From assembly GCA_964035545.1 (NCBI GenBank), contig OZ037765.1, positions 19,964,995 through 20,028,994 on the forward strand: 64,000 bases of DNA. Direction: 5' to 3'. The notes under the pieces were generated by a model. That model saw only the letters and a list, made by a program, of their open reading frames with translations. It did not search any database and had not been told where the DNA came from. Below, in pieces: positions 28,001 through 61,800 of the stretch. The first letter of the stretch is position 1, and each line of letters starts with the position of its first letter. Position numbers and translations under genes: made by a program. The DNA comes from Bugula neritina. Taxonomy: Eukaryota; Animalia; Bryozoa.

Positions 28001-31000
28001 CACAAGTGGTATTCAAGGGAGGCGAGTGGATCTCTTTATCCGTTCCCCTGCAGCTGGGCGGTGGTTTGTGGGTGCTTATGCTGATCCCCAGTTTCTTAAT
28101 AAGAAGATTCGTCCTCAGGTTTAGCAGCTTAGTTTATTTTATTTATTTAGTTTTTCTGCCCAAACAAAAAATCCGTTTGTATGTTTTATTGATTTTTAAA
28201 ATACTATATTTTTGAGCAAATCATAATAAAATGTACTAAAACCAAAATTTTTAAACATTTTGATAAAACTTTCAAAAGTCGTCTACAAAACATTTTTAAA
28301 TTGAATTTGAAATTTTTTTAAAGACATGGAGAAAAAATGTTATTTATTCTTTTACGAAGTTACTACTAAAATTGCTCAGAATGGTAAAGAATATCTTAAA
28401 ATAGTATTTTGATTAGTGTACATAATATGTTTGTTATTTGTTTAGGTATTGGTTTTTATTAGCACCTTTATTTGTATGTTTGTGTTGTTAGTAAGTTAGC
28501 ATAACAGTTCCGTGTGACTATAAAACCCATGTAAGTTTATAGTCACCATCCCTGTGAGAAAACCTCTGGTAGAAAGGTTTTTCTTTTTAAATTGGGCTAA
28601 GGACTTATTCAGGTGGGGCGTAGGAGCAATTATGACTGGATGCTCTTTCTAACATCACCAATGGCCTTTGTCCAGGCTCGAACCTATGAATCCGTGCTTA
28701 CTAGGCAAACGCTCTAGCCCCTAGACTACGACTGCTCCCTCGTTTTGTATGACTTTGTATTGTTTTATAAATAACCAAATTTAGTCTTTGGTTCTTGTTT
28801 ACAGGGCTTTAGTGCAGTTGCGTGCAAGCATTTTCTCAGAGTATCAACAACTCACTCTACAGATACTAGCTATCCACAGGAACCTGTCCCGCTCAGTATA
28901 CCCAGAAATATCGTAGTTGATGATAGTACTAAAATCTTATCGTAAGTAACATTTTATTAACCTTCTACTTACTGTTGACTTTTATATTGACTAATACACT
29001 ATAATATAATATATTATATTATAATGGTGAGTTAGGCAATATAAAAAGCAAACGGCATGCTCAATTAAAAGCAAGAGTGCTGTGCAACTTGAAAATGTTT
29101 TCAAATTTTGTCTATTTATCACTGCGTTTCCATGCTTTATAGTTCGAATGGATTTTTCATTCATGTTTGGAAACAGTTGCATTGAATAAAACCACAACCA
29201 TAAGCTCATGCAAACTACAGACACATATTCATCCATACGAGCATAATGCAAAGTCATGGAAACGCGGTGTTTGTGTATGATGCAGATTGTTTTTATTAAC
29301 AGCTGTTTTGATATTTTTCAGATATTTCATAGAGAGAAATGTGTATCGGTATAACATATCAGTTGTTAACTGCAAGGTCTTGTCACCACCTGATGCCAGG
29401 TGTCAGTTTAGTCTGATATCAAAGGAAGACATGCTCCCTTCCATGGTAAACAGGCACCACATAGACTGTGATTGGGATAACAACACTGAATGCCAGCTCA
29501 GCATGTCTTCTCCAGCAGTGAACCACTGGCATTATGCTGCCATTACTATCCCGGATGCAAACGTCTCTGTATCCCTAGAAATAACAGTTCTTATAAAGGC
29601 TGAAGGTAACTATTAAACAGTATTTGGTCTAATCTGTGTGAAATAGTCTGCAGAAATACACAGTAGAGTTTCTTGTTATTTTTACAAGCATTGTAAGATG
29701 TTTACTTTGCCTTTGGTAGACCTTTCGTTTGCCTGACTTTGCTAGAATCATTAAGTTTTTTATGATGTCGGATTGCAGATAACAATTTATGCTGCAATAA
29801 ATTGCAAGGAATTTACTTTTAAGTGAGTATTTGAGGATTTCAAAAAATAACTTTGTTTTTTTAACTAGATCCCATTGTCCTTGTTGCAAAAAACACCAAC
29901 ATAATGTTCACATTGTGTGCGTGCTTTTAGAGTGGCTAGTATCCAAGGCATTAGCAAAACTTTGAAAGCTGGAGTAGAACTTTAGTCAGGGTTTTTCTGA
30001 CATTAATCATATGCTTTTTAATAGCTAATAGAGGTTGTAGATTTTTGAAGCCATAGAAACCTGTTTCAGCTAAATAATAATGTGTAAGTGTTGATACTTT
30101 TATGCGTGTGTGTTCGAGCGCATGTATTTGCTGTAGTTAACAAACAGGCATATGTTTTTGAGTTTGGACTAACTTGTAAGCTAAGATAATTTAAACCAAT
30201 ACAAACTGTAATTCCATGTTTGGTTAGTATAATTATATTTGCCCCTTAAGCATGTCTGTTACATCTGTTCATTTTGTGTAGGTTGTGGCAGTGGCATTCA
30301 GACGTTTACTTGGTGCTCAGTTGATCAGTATTACACAGACTCCATGGCGACTGACATGCTTGCCGTCAACTTCGTACAGGAAGTACCTTTGTTCACCACC
30401 ACAGAAGTCATCATCAGAGATGATAAACCTTACATCGCTTCCTTTACTATAGAGTCTTTAGTCCATGGAGGAGGGACTTTAAAGTATCTTCTAAAAGCGG
30501 CCGATGTATGTAGTTTTGTCCATTCTATGGTTTATTTCAAGTGTGATAAAAACATATTATGCTGGAACTCTCTAAGTTAACATTGCCAGAATACAGTATT
30601 AGCTAATAATGAAAAAAGTGCTATAAAATCATTGATACAAGTGTGAGTAGTTGTAATGGGATCAATGAACAGTTTGTCTGTCGTCTGTATAGTGATTTCA
30701 CAAACATAAGTTGCTTTTAATGAAATTTAGAAAACAATATGCAAGCTGTGAAATGTATCCTTGCATGTGTGGCACCTACCTAACAATATTGGCTGTAAAG
30801 CTTGATAGTGATGTTCTACCAAAAGTACTGTTGATTATGTGTTGTACAGACTATAATTGTTTTCCAAATACCATATATTCCTTTTTATGTGATTGTTCTA
30901 TTTTGATTTCTGTGAGTGAAAACTTTCATTAACACATCAGGTGAGATTTTTATTTTAAAGCTTTTTGTTTTTTTTAGAGTTTACTCAAGAATGGTGCTAC

Positions 31001-34000
31001 AATTTATAACTGCATTAGCAGAGATAGAATGGTGATAGAAATGGAGGACATTAAGAACTGTTCTCAGACCGCCAACACGTCTATGAAATACACCGAGAAT
31101 GCTGACATGGCTTATTATATACCTTATCCTCAGTCAGGTAGTGTATTATATACTGTATACTCAGTCAGGTAATGTTATATATTATATACTGTATACTCAG
31201 TCAGGTAGTGTTATATATTATATACTGTATACTCAGTCAGGTAGTATTATATATTATATACTGTATACTCAGTCAGGTAGTGTTATATATTATATACTGT
31301 ATACTCAGTCAGGTAGTGTTATATATTATATACTGTATACTCAGTCAGGTAGTATTATATATTATATACTGTATACTCAGTCAGGTAGTATTATATATTA
31401 TATACTGTATACTTAGTCAGGTAGTGTTATATATTATATACTGTATACTCAGTCAGGTAGTGTTATATATTATATACTGTATACTCAGTCAGGTAGTGTT
31501 ATATATTATATACTGTATACTCAGTCAGGTAGTGTTATATATTATATACTGTATACTCAGTCAGGTAGTATTATATATTATATACTGTATACTCAGTCAG
31601 GTAGTGTGATATATTATATACTGTATGTATATCCAAGGGCTATATCAATCTGGTTGTTGAAGCTTTGTCTAGTGCAATAGGATAAAGTTAGCAGGCATTC
31701 TATAGCTGGTCATCAGTCCTAGTCCAATCAATAGTTGATACAGTTTAGCTGATGCTACAAGTATTGCACACTTTGAGATTTACAATTGTGTTAGAGAGTG
31801 TTTGGGTATCATGAAAAGGATACAAAGAATAATCAATTTATGCTGATAGTGTATTGGTGTGGGGATATTTATTAGTGTATATTCTACTGTTCTAATGACT
31901 ACTGTTAGATTTGTTTCCTAGTGATGCAGTGTATCATTACTTGCAGTGATAATAATACCCCTAGCTGTTTACAGAACAAATTATAGCGTGTTATATAGCA
32001 CCAGTGTTACATATCTTACTTGGCATATGCATAAACCTCTTATTGTCCAGTTAAAAAGATGATGTTATATATTCAAATACCAAAGCTTGCTGTGAGTTAA
32101 ATATGTTTCTTACTTTTTTGCTCTAGTGGCTCATACACCTACCAGTCACTACCTAGGATAGGCTCATAGTCTGATACATGTACATTATGTTGTCTTGGTG
32201 TATTAGACTAGGTTTCAGTTGCTCTATGCTGGTAAATCTTCATAAATAAAAAAATGCCTGTCATGATTTAGACTCTGTAATCTGGTCTCAATACTGTAGG
32301 TGTGTGGTACATCAGTGTGATAGCAGAATGTTACGACACGTCAACCAATAAATTGATAGACTGCACTGATACTATGAAAGTTTATACTAACATCACCCTG
32401 CGCAGGTGTGTCAACAGTCAGTGTGGTGATTATGGTAACTGCTATCTGTACGCTCAAGGTGTTCTCTACTGGTCTGTGTGCAGGTGTAAAGCAGGTATGG
32501 AATTACAGCATTACAGAACTTTTTAAATATCTCTGGTGAAAGTTTGTGGATTGTGTTGTTGAATTTTTTTTTCTTTGATTAAAACATGATAAAATTTAAA
32601 TGTCACAATAATTTTGTCTAGATTCAATTTTTGCAGTCTTTTATTTAAGCAAAACCGTGTACATTATGGGGATTATATTTATAATAATCAGAATACTCTC
32701 TCTACTGTGCCTAAACTGTTGCTATGTTACCTTTGTAAATATCTCTAATGAAAGTTTGTGCATTGTGTCATTGATTGTTTAGACTTTAGGAAAGATTTTC
32801 TTCTGAAGTAAAAAAATTAATAAAGTTTAAATTTCACAATAATTTTTTGTGATCAATTTTGCAGGTTTTCTATTTAAAGCAAAATGTGTACATCAAAGTT
32901 ATTATATTTCTAATACAGAATGAGCGCATCAGAGTGACTATATTTCAATAATATCCGTAATGCTCTTTCTATGTTCACTGAATTTACCCTGGCTAGAACT
33001 CTGCTATATAGTTAAGTAATCTGTATTGCAGGCTATAGAGGATATGGGTGTACTGATGATACTGAGGCTATTAGCAAATCTTTGCAAAAGTTGGAGATGT
33101 TACTACTCATTCTCAGCAATATTCTGTTTGGTGTGGCTGGAGCTGTGGCTATTTATAGAAAGTGGTTCTCAGAAGCTCTCCTTTACTTCTTTGTCTTGTT
33201 TGCATCTTCAGTACGTATGATGGCTTGTCAAATTTCCTTTTATTCTGCTGGTTTGAATCAAGTGTAATATTGGCTTTATCTTGTCTTTTTCTAGAAACTA
33301 CAGCAAAATATTATTCAATTTGTAGTGTAAAGTGTTGCTAAAATTCATTATTGATTTCACATATCAATATTAAACTTAGAATGGTCTTTATGATAGTGAA
33401 ACATAGAATACTGGTTTGTCTTTATGATAAATTATATTATTTTTTAGTTTTATCATGCCTGTGACAATGGCACCATTTATGCTGTGTGTGTTGGGGACTA
33501 CTCAATGCTTCAATATTTTGACTTCTACGGTTCCATCCTGGCTGTTTGGGTCACTGCTATGGCAATATCTGAGATACCTCCGAAACTGAGGTCCTTTCTG
33601 CATATGGCTGGTGTGTTGGGTATTCTCATTGGTACACAAATCACTCTCACTGGTCTCTGGAACTTCGTGATTCCTTTAATTATTGCCGTGGCTATATTAG
33701 CTACATCCTGGGTAAGTGGCACCAGATGCCTTCTAAATTGATAATATTATGTAACCCACTACTAGTCTTGTTCGGAGTCATTTGCCCTTGATTGTTTTTA
33801 TAACCTAATTCCACTTTAAGGCACTAGTTCTTATGAGGAGGAAATCTCCTGATTTTATCAATTTTCTATAGTAAATTACTTTTCTTTAATTTTCCAAAGC
33901 AATATTTTACTCTTTTCCAATATTAAAGTGTTGCTTTGAATCTGTCAGACGAATTACAAACAACTGATTAGGAAGATTTTTGCCCTTCAATTCTTAAAAT

Positions 34001-34673
34001 CTTTTTATTAAAGATTTTACTTCTAAAATACATCTCATCATATTGATTAGCCATCAGTCTTGCAACATATTATATGAAAATATAGAATATCATCAAAAAC
34101 ATAGCAATACTTCAGTAAAATGATTTTTTTCTTGATGAAAACCAGTGGTTCATCTCAAAAATTTAGTATTTTTTATACTTAGCATATGTAGTGGTAAATG
34201 TACCACGATTTTTGCATATAGCAGATGTTTTTACATCTATATTTTTATATTTTTAGGCCCGACTTTGTAGGAGAACTAAAGCTTGTTATCCCAAGTTTAA
34301 GATTTGGCTAACTCAACTATTGCCTGGTATCATATGCGCTCTGATTGGTCTAGCACTGTACAGTTTCGTAGAGACAAACAGTAACTACTTCTACGTACAC
34401 AGCATCTGGCACTTGCTCATGGCTACAGCCGTCACCTTCCTTCTACCCAGAAATGAAAAGCTCACATTCTCTCAGATTAAAAGTTGCTTTAGTAAATTTA
34501 ATATTAAGCGTAGACGAAATACTATAGCTGACGAAAGAGCAGCTACGCCCACTCAGACTGTTATGATAGTCGCGGGTGGTAGCGATGAGACGGTCACTAA
34601 CAGCGATGAAATTATTCCGATAAGTGATGACAACAACGAGGATATCCGGGACTCTCAAGCTATTATTATTTAA
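25027..34673 (+). CDS. TMEM8: TMEM8/PGAP6 family membrane protein (signal peptide, ectodomain, EGF-like domain, 7-TM CREST/DUF3522 domain), 12 coding exons
   Basis: Exons at about 25027-25066, 26430-26646, 27064-27154, 27990-28118, 28805-28941, 29322-29605, 30282-30505, 30978-31137, 32300-32494, 33032-33210, 33449-33711, 34257-34673. Motifs IPYPQSGVWY, EGF CVNSQCGDYGNC...CRCKAGYRGYGCTD, LLLILSN, SSFYHACD, LQYFDFYGS, ETNSNYFYVHSIWH. Confidence 0.93.
28523..28740 (-). mobile_element. tRNA-derived SINE, near full length (about 215 bp)
   Basis: Reverse complement reads ggagcagtcgtagtctaggggctagagc...ggttcgagcc...ggccattggtgatgttagaaagagcatccagtcataattgctcct...ctcacagggatggtgactataaac. Confidence 0.88.
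31131..31625. repeat. 36-bp minisatellite (cagtcaggtagtgttatatattatatactgtatact), about 14 copies
   Basis: Tandem array starting at the TMEM8 exon 8 donor. The first unit is 31 bp. Confidence 0.97.
32525..32920. repeat. Diverged tandem duplication of about 210 bp in a TMEM8 intron
   Basis: aaatatctct..tgaaagtttgtg.attgtgt...tttaaat.tcacaataattt...aagcaaaa..gtgtacat occurs at about 32525 and 32737. Confidence 0.75.
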
Positions 34674-36166
34674 GTTTTATCTCATTTCTGGTAAATTCAA
34701 GTTTCTGGGCAGTAAAATAATACTCACATTCACAGATTCGACTTGCCTACTTCTTGTCATCTAAATACTATAAATGTTTTCATAATTGTTGTTTTTAATT
34801 ATTTATGTAACCAATGAAATATTTTAGTCCGAATTAATTTCAGTGCATCTTCTTGCTGCTAGGATTTTATTTTATTATTAGTATGGTAGGGTAAAGGGTT
34901 TGGTAAATTTCTAACTGGTTTTACGGGCAGAGCCTTATTTCTGGTGCTTAGCTTTTAGGAATTAATTAAGTAAAAATGTGCCAAATATATAATTATTAAC
35001 TTTAGAGGTATATTGGTTATTATAACTTTTTAAAGTATAACAATAGTTTCTGATCTCTATGTGCGCTGCTAAACTGTGGTTGAATCCACAATATTTTTTC
35101 TATTTTAACCTTTTTCTTCACAATTTAAATTACAAGTCATAACACGTTAAAATGTTGATCATGTACAATTATTTGTCGCTCTAAGCGACCAAATATCTAA
35201 TTCTAAACTACTGTTATAACTGTTTTTAATTGTGAACACAAATGTTTGTTGAAAACTTTATTTTAGTAGTGTACTACTATTTGTCATTTTTCTCTTCACA
35301 TCATAGATTTCTTTATAATACTATATTGGTGGGATTTTTGTACAATGTTCAGTATTTACAATACAATCAATGATGGTAGTGATTTTGTATTGTAATTATA
35401 TATTACTCATTATTATAATATAAACTATACTATATTGGCCTTTTAGTATAATATGTATGTATTGATGTATGTGTGTGCATACACCTACATATGTACACCT
35501 ACACACATATGTACACAAGTGTGTATGTGCGGAGGTATGTATACAATTTCGTTAAAGAAGCTTTCACTAGCATATTATCTTAGATTCTAACCAGTTTCCT
35601 ATACATAAAATATGGTTATGTATATTATAAATTTATTTAGCTTAATGCTGGGTACACTATATACACAACATCAAATTGACAAATAAATATTCATAAGCAA
35701 TCTTGAGAATAACATAATGCGCACAAACTACTAAAAATAAAATATTTTATAGAGGAAAATGTTATTTCCCTTGTTTTAAAGTTTTTCAAGTTCCAAAATC
35801 AATACGACAGATTCAAAACTGTGGGAACGTTTTCACAAACATAAATATGCATCTTTTTACTATTTTTGTCAAGATGATTTGCTAACACACATGGCTAGTA
35901 CAAGATTATGAATATATATATGCACTGATAATATGCGATCTGCAACAACATCACATAGTTGCACAACGTCAAAGTATACACTACAGATTTACAACATAAA
36001 TAACAACAATGTAAAAACATCTATTTATATGAAAAGTACAGCACAATGGCTATTATATTGGTAACTGAAATGTAATTTTAGAAAGTTATATTCAAACACA
36101 GAGTGCTGATTATGAATTTGTGACCTAGTTACTGAGTCATCCAACAACTGAAAATTATTTATTTCC

Positions 36167-56263
<20,097 letters not shown>

Positions 56264-57203
56264 TGCCCTACCAGTCACCACTCAAAACGTGTTCAATAAT
56301 CCTGGTAAGTTGTTTTCAGTCGTTATGAATGAACACAGACTTTCATACACGAGTGCTTTTGAAAAGATTCAAAGAAGTCAATAAGTAACAAGCACTACGG
56401 CTAAGTAATAAATAATCCTACTGACTGACCAATAACAAGTTTGACTACTCAAGTGATGATTAGTTTAGCAATTGCCTGCAGTTTACCTAATCAAAATGTT
56501 GCTGCAATGTTATACTTATTTCCATTTTATATGTCTGTCTTATCTCAAGGACACGCTTATCTGCTCACTTAGCAAGCTTCACTAACTTATAATCCCAATG
56601 ATCAAATGAAGTTTGATAGTTCCTTTGATTTTGTAGTAATGAGCCACATAGAAAATGCAGTGTTTGTCTAGTCTCTAGATGTACATGCTGTATGAATTCA
56701 TACAAATTAAATTGTTATCTTAATTTTTGTTGATATGATCATAAATGCAATGCTGTAGATATTTGCATGCTGCATATTATGCTGTGGACAATGTGCTAAA
56801 TATTTATCTAATAATAATTTTTAGATGATAAAAAATAAATTTAATTTATATAACACTAATAGTAATAGAATAACTAAAAGCTACATAAATGTAGACAATT
56901 AAACTATACTCTAAAAGTATGGTATTGGAATACTTGCTATTCCTTTATAGAATAATTTTGTATCATTATACAAAAATAACTGTGCCTTTCTATTTTACAT
57001 AAAAATGTTCTCCAACCCAGCTTTTGAAACCATTTCTTTGCTTTCAATAAAACCTAGCTCTGGCTAAATTAATTTGTAATAAAATCATATATAAACTTGT
57101 CTAAACTCTTCAAGCAAAAATTCTTGTTTGGAGATATTAACAAAATTTTTAACTTGCCAAGAATATATATTTAAAGTTAAAATGGAATTGGTCAGCACAT
57201 TAC

Positions 57204-57257
57204 CTTATGAATAGCAGCTGCTCTTGTCTCAAAGTCAACATTAATACTTGAAGCCAT
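57204..57257 (-). CDS. TRPA1: Putative alternative (distal) first coding exon of TRPA1, MASSINVDFETRAAAIHK
   Basis: 54-nt ATG exon ending AAG|gtaatg in phase 0. It joins exon 2 as AIHK|AASSDD, equivalent to the proximal exon TVHQ|AASSDD. Confidence 0.7.
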
Positions 57258-57263
57258 GCTGTT

Positions 57264-57297
57264 AACTGAGTTGTCTTGTTTGTAGCGACCTTTTATA
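57264..57297 (-). promoter_or_regulatory. TATA box and initiator for the distal TRPA1 first exon
   Basis: TATAAAA at 57297-57291 and TCAGTT at 57269-57264. The Inr A (57267) is exactly 30 nt downstream of the first T of the TATA box. Confidence 0.7.
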
Positions 57298-58845
57298 GTT
57301 CTTAGACAATTAAACATTACTTCTTACTCTATTACGTCAGCAGAGTCAACAGTCTTCCTAATTTTATATTCAGATATCGATATCCGCTGCCAATATTTGC
57401 TGAATACAATAATAAACTGATGGGTCTCACTTGACAATAAAAGTCTTGGAGTCTTTTTGTCAATGTATTATGAAAGAGAAGTCAATATTCAATAAGTTAT
57501 GTTGACATGTAAACCAAATTTTTCCATCTTGCATGCTCAGGACAAAAGAGTACGAAATATCTATAATATATCACAACAAAGTCTAGCATTGACAGGTCTA
57601 ACTTGCTGACTCACGGATAATTACACAGACACTGGGCACTTGATATAGCACTTTGCTATTTGTGCATCTTCAATTTAACCAATAACTGTTTAGCACATTG
57701 TAGTGATGATAGCCTATGATAATCTGCTAATCAACTTCATTTCCTGTTTGATTACAGATAGCATGTAAAATGTGTTTCTTTCACTGGTCAAGCAGCCATT
57801 GATGAACTTAATATGATGACTGTACCTATTATGAACATGATGGTGTTTAAGTTTGATGAAAATTTCAAACAAAGTATCAAGCATAAAAATTTTTTTCCTT
57901 CTAGTTTGTGCATTAAACTGAGAGCTATGAATTGACATTCTCATACACTGTAACTCCTATTGTACTAACAGTTGACAGTTTACCTGCTATAGCAGTTGAA
58001 ACTACCTGTAGGATATGCAGTTAGTAAAGAGGTTTGACACCACAACAGGTTTATTTTTGGCATGCATCATGCATGTTAAAATTCACAAGCCTTTATCTTA
58101 ATGCTTGTAAACAGTTATATTAGCCAATCATTGATAAGCTTATATTTTGCTGTTTGGTGTACTATTTTCCCTCTCTTGTTAGCTCAACCAAAATTTCCAG
58201 AAGAATTTCAGACAATACTTTGCTGTTGATCCAAGTATTTCCATGTACCTAAATGGTAATTGAATTTTTAAATAATATACAAGAACCCAAGCATATATAG
58301 GTATTAGATTTACACTTGTATGCCATAATTATATGTAAACTGTGCATGTAATGTACAAACTTGCTCCCACATCATAGTTATTTAGCTAATTACTAGAGCT
58401 ATAATTACTGCAGACTTTATAGTCCGGCTCATATTATATAAAAACAATATTTTGTTAATTAAACAGTGGTACTGTAATTTATAAAAATGAAAAATAAAAT
58501 AGCCAAGATTTATTGCATCTGAGCTTGTGGTGCCTGCAAAAATTTTTTTGAAAAGAACATTGGGCTGCAACACTAATTATTTTTGGAAAATCATTTTATT
58601 AAGCTTTGAATAATGCATAAAAGTTTTTTCATGCTTAAAATTATTCTTGCCACTTATAGTCTACACTTGAAGTTTTACATGTAATAATGATGCTGCAGTT
58701 ATTTTTGTATTGATTTTTTTGGTTCTATTTACCAGTACATAATCTCACACACAGTGTTTCTAAATTTTGCATCAGAAATATTGTTACATTTATATAAGTT
58801 TATTATAAAAAGTTGCTTTTAATTTTGCAAAAGAACAGCAAAAGC

Positions 58846-61800
58846 TTAAGCACATTTGCTTGGATTCTCTTCTGCAATTTCTTTGACAGCGGTAGCAAAT
58901 CTGTCAAAGTTTTGGAAGTCACCGAGTCCGTAGGCAATGTCATCTCCTTTTCCGGTAATAATTTCTAGCTCACAGGCTCGGGCGTTAGCAACTCCCATTG
59001 CAAAGACGTTTACACCTGTAAAGAGAAGTAGCCTACTATAAAACCCATTTACATGACTTATATGAACATAAAGAGTGCCAACATGTAGGTAGATAGAATC
59101 TTTTTAAAATGTAATGGTAAATGTCATTATATAGAGAATTCAACACTTTCTATCAACCATGTTGGCCAAATAGCTTTGATTAATGGAAAAAAATTCACCG
59201 GTACTTTTCTGAAACGATTCCTATAAATCTAATAGGACTTGTTCTACCGATTAGGCAGAATTATATGCCTTTTAAGATACATGGCTATAGGCATTCACCT
59301 TCTATTATATTATCACTAGTAATATGATATATTTGAATAATTAATTTCCAAAGTGTCTATTAAATAGCTTTTAAGGCTTTATTTTTTGACATATTTACTC
59401 AAATTAGAACAACAATCCTTAAAAAGAGGTGTGCAGTCTTGTTATGTTTCATAAAAATGAATTGGCGCTAAACAATAGCTATACTGCATCAGTGTGAAAC
59501 ATCGATTATAATTTTGCAATTTGTGCAATTTATGTTTAATATAGATATTATATACCGTGACCCAGTTTTCTAATAGCATTGGCTTCAGTTCCAAGGACAC
59601 GACAATTCCTGTTACATTGACCATCAGTAATAATAATGACGTCAGTAGAGACTTGGGGGTTGCTAAGTCTGCTAGATCCCTAAACGAGAGTGAAGCTATT
59701 ATTACCATGCACACATATTATAACTTACATATATGTGAATTACGTTCATGATTCAGGGCTCAAAATTCTTAGGCAAAAACTCATAAAATTTCAACTTAAA
59801 CTAAAACTTGGCGCTTTTTTAATATACCTAGTCTAAAACAACCGAAAGTCAAGCTTTTAGATGCTGTTTATGCTCTAGGGTTAAGATGCTTCAGTAGTAC
59901 AATAATACTACGTTATAACATAAATAATACACATTTTAAAGATATTTTAGTTTTTAAATTCTATTCACATAACACCATAAAAGCAAATCCTTTTTTTCAT
60001 AGCACATTTGATAAATATATCTTCATTTTTTACTTTTTTTTTTTTGAGGATTGTTATAATTTATAATTTTAAAAATTAGGCTGTTTTAATTATGCATTTA
60101 ACAGCAAAATTTGAGTTAAAAATTGGTGACCATGACAACAATGTTTGCAAACCTTTCCGAGTACACTATTCTTCACATATGCCAAAGCATCACCAGTGGC
60201 TGTTGAACCTTTACGGTGTTTTATACTCAGAATCTTATCTTGAAGATATCCCAAACCCTTAGAGCTTTCACTGAAGTCTACTTCTGTGGTCACTCTAGAG
60301 TCAAACAGGACCACGGAGATCTGCTTGCTGCCTTCTTCTGTGACAGCGTTTCCTGTTCGAAACATACGAAACATTATTTATGATTCATAATCATAGCAGT
60401 TATAATTTTTATAGCAACCATTATAATGAATTATGATAACCACGTCTCAAAATATAACATCAAAAAATAAATCAAAAGGTGAGAACATCATTTAAATTTT
60501 AAGAGCCAAACTGCCATATTAATTTACATCTCGTTTAATTTTATATCCCTAAGCAATTTATAAACACTAATAATAACATATATAATCCCATATACCAAAT
60601 TTAGAGGGACAAAATGATTCAATCAGCACGTTGATAGCCTTCTTTGCTTTATCGAACTGAGCTTGTGGGATGCTGCCAGATGAGTCTAACACAAACACAA
60701 TGTCACGGTTAGCCAGTCTGTCTTCCTCTGATCTCTTGCCTTTGATTAGAGAACTTGAGATGCCACTAGAGACACCCTTGGTGATTCCGCCCCATGGGAA
60801 ACTTGGAAAGATTGGCTTGTTGATGATGTTGCTACTTCCCAAGCATGCATCCTCAAATGCTTGACTAACTGGGCGAGCTAGAAGCTGTAACAAAGAGTTT
60901 GATCATGATACAAAATTGAACTTATATTGAAATTCTTTATGTAAACTTGATTTAGGTCAGTTGGTAGTTATTGTAGATATTGTACCGCCCTTATAAGTTA
61001 ACTCTTTTCAGTGTGTAGACTCAAAAAGTTTCTTTTTTTTTTTTTAATTTTTGTAAGTTTCTAGTATGTTGCATTTATTGAAAGTTAATTGTTGTATTGG
61101 ACCATGAGAATACAAGACTCTATATACTAGCATATTGCTCCGCTTTTAGCATTTCATTTTCTACTGAAACTACATAAACTGATAGCCTGCACATTTGAGT
61201 TATTAGGTATGTGAAGATACATATTGTTGCTAGCTAGACTTGCTTTTTAATTTTAGCTTACAATACTATCAGTATAAACGCATATTGAAACACAAAATTG
61301 TTAAAATTAGTAGCATAAATCCATGAGAACACAATTTCTTCTCATCAAGGCATAATCTCAGTTTTATTTTAACATTTTGAATATATATCAAATAGTAGTA
61401 ATCTGAAATGTCCTAATAGTTTGTTTACATATGGATGTTTTTCATAAAATATTATATATTTGAAGGATAACTCTAAAATATACTCATTTTAAAAAAATAA
61501 TTTATGACATATTGAGTCATAATGCAACTGTTTAAATAACGTAGCTTACCGACTTTTGTCCCAGCTGGTTAGCAAAACCTGCTGCTGCACTTTTAATAGC
61601 TGAAGCAGATACTACAAAAATGTTGCAAATATTTTATATTCATAGTAGCTAAACTGAAGCATTTATTTGTGACTTGATGATAATCCTGGCAATATCATCA
61701 TCTACTATTTTTAATTATATTACTTAAGAATTATTTTCAATTTGTAAAATTACATACAAAGTTCCAGAATTGAAAAAGAATAGTAAACATGCTCACCTGC

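Noticed and set aside
31099-31609. ORFs of repeated YILYTQSG / ILSQVVLY
   Set aside because: Translations of the intronic 36-bp minisatellite, out of frame with the TMEM8 exon.
8200-33060. Other CTGATGA matches as hammerheads (about 8210, 15262, 22241, 33053)
   Set aside because: They lie in or opposite coding or RT sequence and lack stem II-GAAA-stem III geometry.
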